Below, piece after piece: positions 60,749-64,000 of a stretch of 64,000 nt of DNA. This DNA comes from a bacterium (GTDB taxonomy: Bacteria; Hinthialibacterota; Hinthialibacteria; Hinthialibacterales; Hinthialibacteraceae): positions 16,372-80,371 of the forward strand of contig JBHGBC010000009.1 of assembly GCA_041946805.1 (NCBI GenBank). The letters run 5' to 3'. Positions within the stretch are counted from its first letter, which is position 1. Every line of letters starts with the position of its first letter. Made by a program: the position numbers and the translations under genes. The notes under the pieces were generated by a model. The model worked only from the letters and a program-made list of their open reading frames with translations. It was not told where the DNA came from and did no database searches.

Positions 60749-63487
60749 ATGTGGAAAAGCCGTTCTGTATCGTTCAGGGCGCGTGACACGGGACCGCTGG
60801 CGGCGGCGGTCCTGGCCTTCCTGTGTGTGGGCCTGATGGTAACCGGATGGCCTTCGCTACGCTTTGCCGGCAGCGATACCGATTATCTCAGCCTCCTCCT
60901 CGCGCGGGGATTTTTCCACGACGTGTTGGCTCCCCAAGGATTGGCGGAATGCCTTCCCCTGCAGAATGGGAATCTATTGGCCGTCGGGTTGATCCGTCTC
61001 GCGTCAACCATTCCCCTCGATCCCGGAATTCTGCTGCGAATCGGCCAGGCTCTGCTGGGCGCGCTGCTTGTTTCCCGGGTAAGCCTTCTGGCCCTCCGGT
61101 GGATCCCGAGGGAGAACCGGCGGTTTTTTGGGGCGCTGGCCATGGTCCATCCGGTGGTGTGGCTGACCGTGTGCCGCGCCCCCGTGGAAGCGCTGACCAT
61201 CGTTCTGTTCATCGACACGCTGGCTCGTTATCCCCGGACGGATGACACGGCTCCCCTGTGGCCGGTATCTCTCTTCTTGTTGAGTTTCAGCGGCCTGGCC
61301 GGATTCACTCTCGCACTTCTGCTGACCTTCAGTATGCCTTGGGGGCAGGGAACCGCCGGAACCGAGGATGATGAATCCCCTGGTTCCTGGCGCGCCACGC
61401 TGGTGCTGTCCCTGGGGGCCATCCTGCCCGCCGTGTTTTTCTATGTAGTGTTAACGCTGCAATGGGGAACGCTGGGCGGCCCCCGCCTGGCGGGATTTCC
61501 CAATCTCTTCGCGGATATTACCGTGGAGAAGATTCTCGACGGCCTGTGGACCCGGCGCGTCCAGGACTGGCTGCTGTGGGCGGGCAATGGTTTTGTGAAT
61601 CTTCCGGCGTTTATTCCGCTTTTCGGCCTGCTGTTCTTTCTGGGAATCGCGGCGGCGTGGCAGGACGGTCCCGGCGCGCGGGGATTGGCGCTCATGGCTG
61701 GCTGGTTTTTCTCCCTGGCCGCCGGTTGGTTCGCGTTTACCTCTCCCGGGTCCGCCCGCCAGAGCGCATTCGCGCTTTACTTTTGGGCCTTGATTTTCGT
61801 GATCCGCGGCGCGCGGTGGCTGGTGGATCAATTCGGCGTGGCGGATCCCCGCGCCGCGGCCGTTCCGGTCTTCCTGCTGGCGGGTTTCTCGATCACCGCC
61901 GCGCCGGGGGAATGGGAATCCGTGGCTACCCGCGCGCGTTATTACCGGCAGGTGGTGGAAGCGGTCGAGAAAACGCTGGAAGACCTGGCGAACAGCGGGC
62001 CGGCCGCCGTTCGTTTCTCGCCCGCCGTGTTTGCATTGGCAGGGACAGCGAGCGGTCCCGCGCCCTTTCCCGCGGATTTGACCCTGGAATTGGCCGCGCA
62101 AGATCCGCGGGACAAACAGGAGGGAATCCGGTTCGATATTCGCCGGTCCCCAACCCCCGCGCGGGTTATTTTCTATCCCTTCCTGGAAGAGCAGCCGCGG
62201 CCCTCGGAATCGTTTTTGGAAACCGGCCCACTTTCGCGCTGGCAAACGGCCCTGTCCCCGTTCTACCGCCATTCCCGGATTTTCAATCTCGAAGTGTACG
62301 ACCGCACCGCCCGGAACGAAATCATCGCGGCCCGCTGGGCGGATGACCTTCGCCGGGAAGGGCCCCCCGATCCGTTTTCCGGCGTTTCAGAACAGGATCT
62401 GGAGCAGCCCGAAACCGTTCTGCCGCCCCCAAAAAGCCCCGGCCCGCCCCCCTCCACGCCAGTGGGACGGAGATGGGATTTCGAAGAGGGGTATCAATTC
62501 ATCCGTTGGACCGGCTTCGCCTTCGGATTCCATCCCCCGGTGCTGCCCGCCGCCTCCGGCTTGCGCGGCGTGGTTTCCGGGACGGACGAAACCGCCGGTT
62601 TACTCGGGATCCTGCGCTCCGAACCGTTTCTCATCGAAGGGGATGAAATGACCTTCGTGGCGGCCTTGCCGGAGGATTCCACGTCGGCTTATTTTGCCCT
62701 GGCCATCTATCTGGAGGCCCCCTTCGGTGAAAACCGGGAAATTCAACAGACACGGCACCTTTTCGAATACGAGCCCCCCGCGCCACTGATGCCGGATACG
62801 TTTTACTATGTGCTCCCCTCCAATTTACGATACACTGAAAATACCGTGACCGGCTGGCGGGTGGTCCGGTTGTTGCAACAGACACCCGGCTCGCGGCCGC
62901 GCTGGGTGCGCTGGTCCCTCGATCCCTGGGTCAACCGTCAGGCGGTGTGGCTGGCCGCCGACCGCGACCGCAGCCACTTTTTGTTCTTTGACCAGATCAC
63001 GCAATGGAAACGCCCGCCCGGCCTGTATTTCAATTTCGAAAGTGGAAACTACGGGGACTGGGAAACCTCGGGAGAGGCTTTCGGATCCCGTCCCGCCAAT
63101 GGTCCTTGGGTTTCGCAGCGGACTATTCAGGGGTATGAAGGCAATTTTTTGATTAATTCATTTTACGAAGGATCCGACCGCCCCACGGGCTCGTTGATTT
63201 CACCTTCGTTCATCATTCCCGGAAATCGCCTGGATTTTTTTATCGGGGGAGGCGACGATTTGGATACCCTCTACTTGGCGCTGCGGGTAGGGAATCAGGA
63301 AGTATTGCGGGAAACCGGAAACCGCTCCGAAACGCTCCATCCAGTCTCCTGGGATGTCACCCCCTGGGCGGGCAAGCAGGCGCGCATTCAAATCGTGGAC
63401 CGTTCCTCCGATCCCTGGGGGCACATCCTGGTGGATGATATTCGGTTGTACGCCCGGGAGGTGGAAAGTGCCAGCCGATCCCAATAA
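60749..63487 (+). CDS. Large multi-TM hypothetical protein with two C-terminal extracytoplasmic repeat domains
   Basis: About 10 TM helices, then DFEEG..W.G.AFG and NFESG..W..SGEAFG..TGSLISPSF..WDV..W.GK.ARIQIVD..WGHI.VDDI. Confidence 0.75.
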   Translation: MWKSRSVSFRARDTGPLAAAVLAFLCVGLMVTGWPSLRFAGSDTDYLSLLLARGFFHDVLAPQGLAECLPLQNGNLLAVGLIRLASTIPLDPGILLRIGQALLGALLVSRVSLLALRWIPRENRRFFGALAMVHPVVWLTVCRAPVEALTIVLFIDTLARYPRTDDTAPLWPVSLFLLSFSGLAGFTLALLLTFSMPWGQGTAGTEDDESPGSWRATLVLSLGAILPAVFFYVVLTLQWGTLGGPRLAGFPNLFADITVEKILDGLWTRRVQDWLLWAGNGFVNLPAFIPLFGLLFFLGIAAAWQDGPGARGLALMAGWFFSLAAGWFAFTSPGSARQSAFALYFWALIFVIRGARWLVDQFGVADPRAAAVPVFLLAGFSITAAPGEWESVATRARYYRQVVEAVEKTLEDLANSGPAAVRFSPAVFALAGTASGPAPFPADLTLELAAQDPRDKQEGIRFDIRRSPTPARVIFYPFLEEQPRPSESFLETGPLSRWQTALSPFYRHSRIFNLEVYDRTARNEIIAARWADDLRREGPPDPFSGVSEQDLEQPETVLPPPKSPGPPPSTPVGRRWDFEEGYQFIRWTGFAFGFHPPVLPAASGLRGVVSGTDETAGLLGILRSEPFLIEGDEMTFVAALPEDSTSAYFALAIYLEAPFGENREIQQTRHLFEYEPPAPLMPDTFYYVLPSNLRYTENTVTGWRVVRLLQQTPGSRPRWVRWSLDPWVNRQAVWLAADRDRSHFLFFDQITQWKRPPGLYFNFESGNYGDWETSGEAFGSRPANGPWVSQRTIQGYEGNFLINSFYEGSDRPTGSLISPSFIIPGNRLDFFIGGGDDLDTLYLALRVGNQEVLRETGNRSETLHPVSWDVTPWAGKQARIQIVDRSSDPWGHILVDDIRLYAREVESASRSQ

Positions 63488-63490
63488 TAT

Positions 63491-63621
63491 GACGGAGCGG
63501 CAAAAAGTCACTTTATTGTGGTGCAGACATCTTGTCTGCACCAAATAGGGTTGCAGGCGGGACGCCTGCACCACAATATATAGATCATCACCGTATTATT
63601 TTCACTTTTTGCCGTTTTGTC
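63491..63621. mobile_element. MITE family 2 (131 bp) with perfect 7-bp TSD
   Basis: TIRs GACGGAGCGGCAAAAAGT / ACTTTTTGCCGTTTTGTC (15/18); ATAATAT directly repeated at 63484-63490 and 63622-63628. Confidence 0.75.
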
Positions 63622-63736
63622 ATAATATGCAATATGACCGATACGCAGTAGGCAGGATTGCCTTCTAAGCGCCAACCGCACTTTAAACCAGCCCAGGGCT
63701 TCAGCGCTGGGATGGTCACAGCCTTGGCAGTGAATT

Positions 63737-63842
63737 CCCTCTCACTCGGGGGGAGGGAATTAGGGGGTTGATCTCCCCAGCCAGCCCGATTGAAGAGCGG
63801 CCGGACATGCTTGATAAAAAGTACGCACTTACCGGATGAGCC
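63737..63842 (-). mobile_element. MITE family 1 half copy
   Basis: Reverse complement of the left half of copy a (17918-18023), ending GTACGCACTTACCGGATGAGCC. Confidence 0.75.
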
Positions 63843-63883
63843 TACATTTTTGGGGAAAATGATAGTTCTTCAATCAAAATTTG

Positions 63884-64000
63884 GGTTCATCCAAGAAATG
63901 CGTGACTGATGGTGTAAAATAGATACCATTCGCCACTGGATGAGGGCGGACACCAAGGTCCGCCCCTACAAAAATTCCCTCACCCTGGCCCTCTCCCAGA
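63884..64000 (-). mobile_element. MITE family 1, copy f (truncated by window end)
   Basis: GGTTCATCCAAGAAATGCGTG.., gggcggacaccaaggtccgcccctac, ccctcaccctggccctctccc. Confidence 0.8.

Noticed and set aside
63614..63641. dif-like palindrome GTCATAA-TATGCA-ATATGAC
   Set aside because: It lacks the conserved XerD arm TTATGTTAAAT and is largely explained by the MITE end and its TSD
3604..64000. Recurring ~30-bp palindromes as a possible CRISPR array
   Set aside because: They are dispersed and degenerate, not regularly spaced, and no cas genes are present

Overview
This GC-rich bacterial chromosomal window is made up mostly of housekeeping, envelope and respiratory genes. It contains: a partial yihY gene; lolC/E and lolD separated by a surface-glycosylation block (GT39/ArnT-like, YggT, two GT4, O-antigen-ligase/TPR); an apbE-doxX-Tat Gfo/Idh/MocA operon; ctaB and DUF3179; and a complete alternative complex III (actABCDEF plus a probable actG) in one run with SCO and an A2-type caa3 oxidase that has two subunit-III genes. 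Further genes are a PL11 lyase, three paralogous pilin-like genes, xerC, a STAS protein, an M14 peptidase, PPi-type pfk, hisI, aroE-aroK-creatininase, rpoD, an apparently inactive GH-A clan protein, galE-like/galK, a porin, a 5'-nucleotidase with a Tat NUDIX-like protein, and large hypotheticals. I found no rRNA, tRNA, CRISPR array or transposase. The most unusual signal is in the intergenic DNA, which holds a dense, modular set of non-autonomous repeats: about 19 CCCTCTCCC/GGGAGAGGG hairpins, GTAG-type REP hairpins, a ~210-bp MITE family (22-bp TIRs, degenerate 8-bp TSDs) carrying both hairpins, a second MITE with a perfect 7-bp TSD, and recurrent composite or chimeric units. Products are assigned by motif recognition only; no database search was run.
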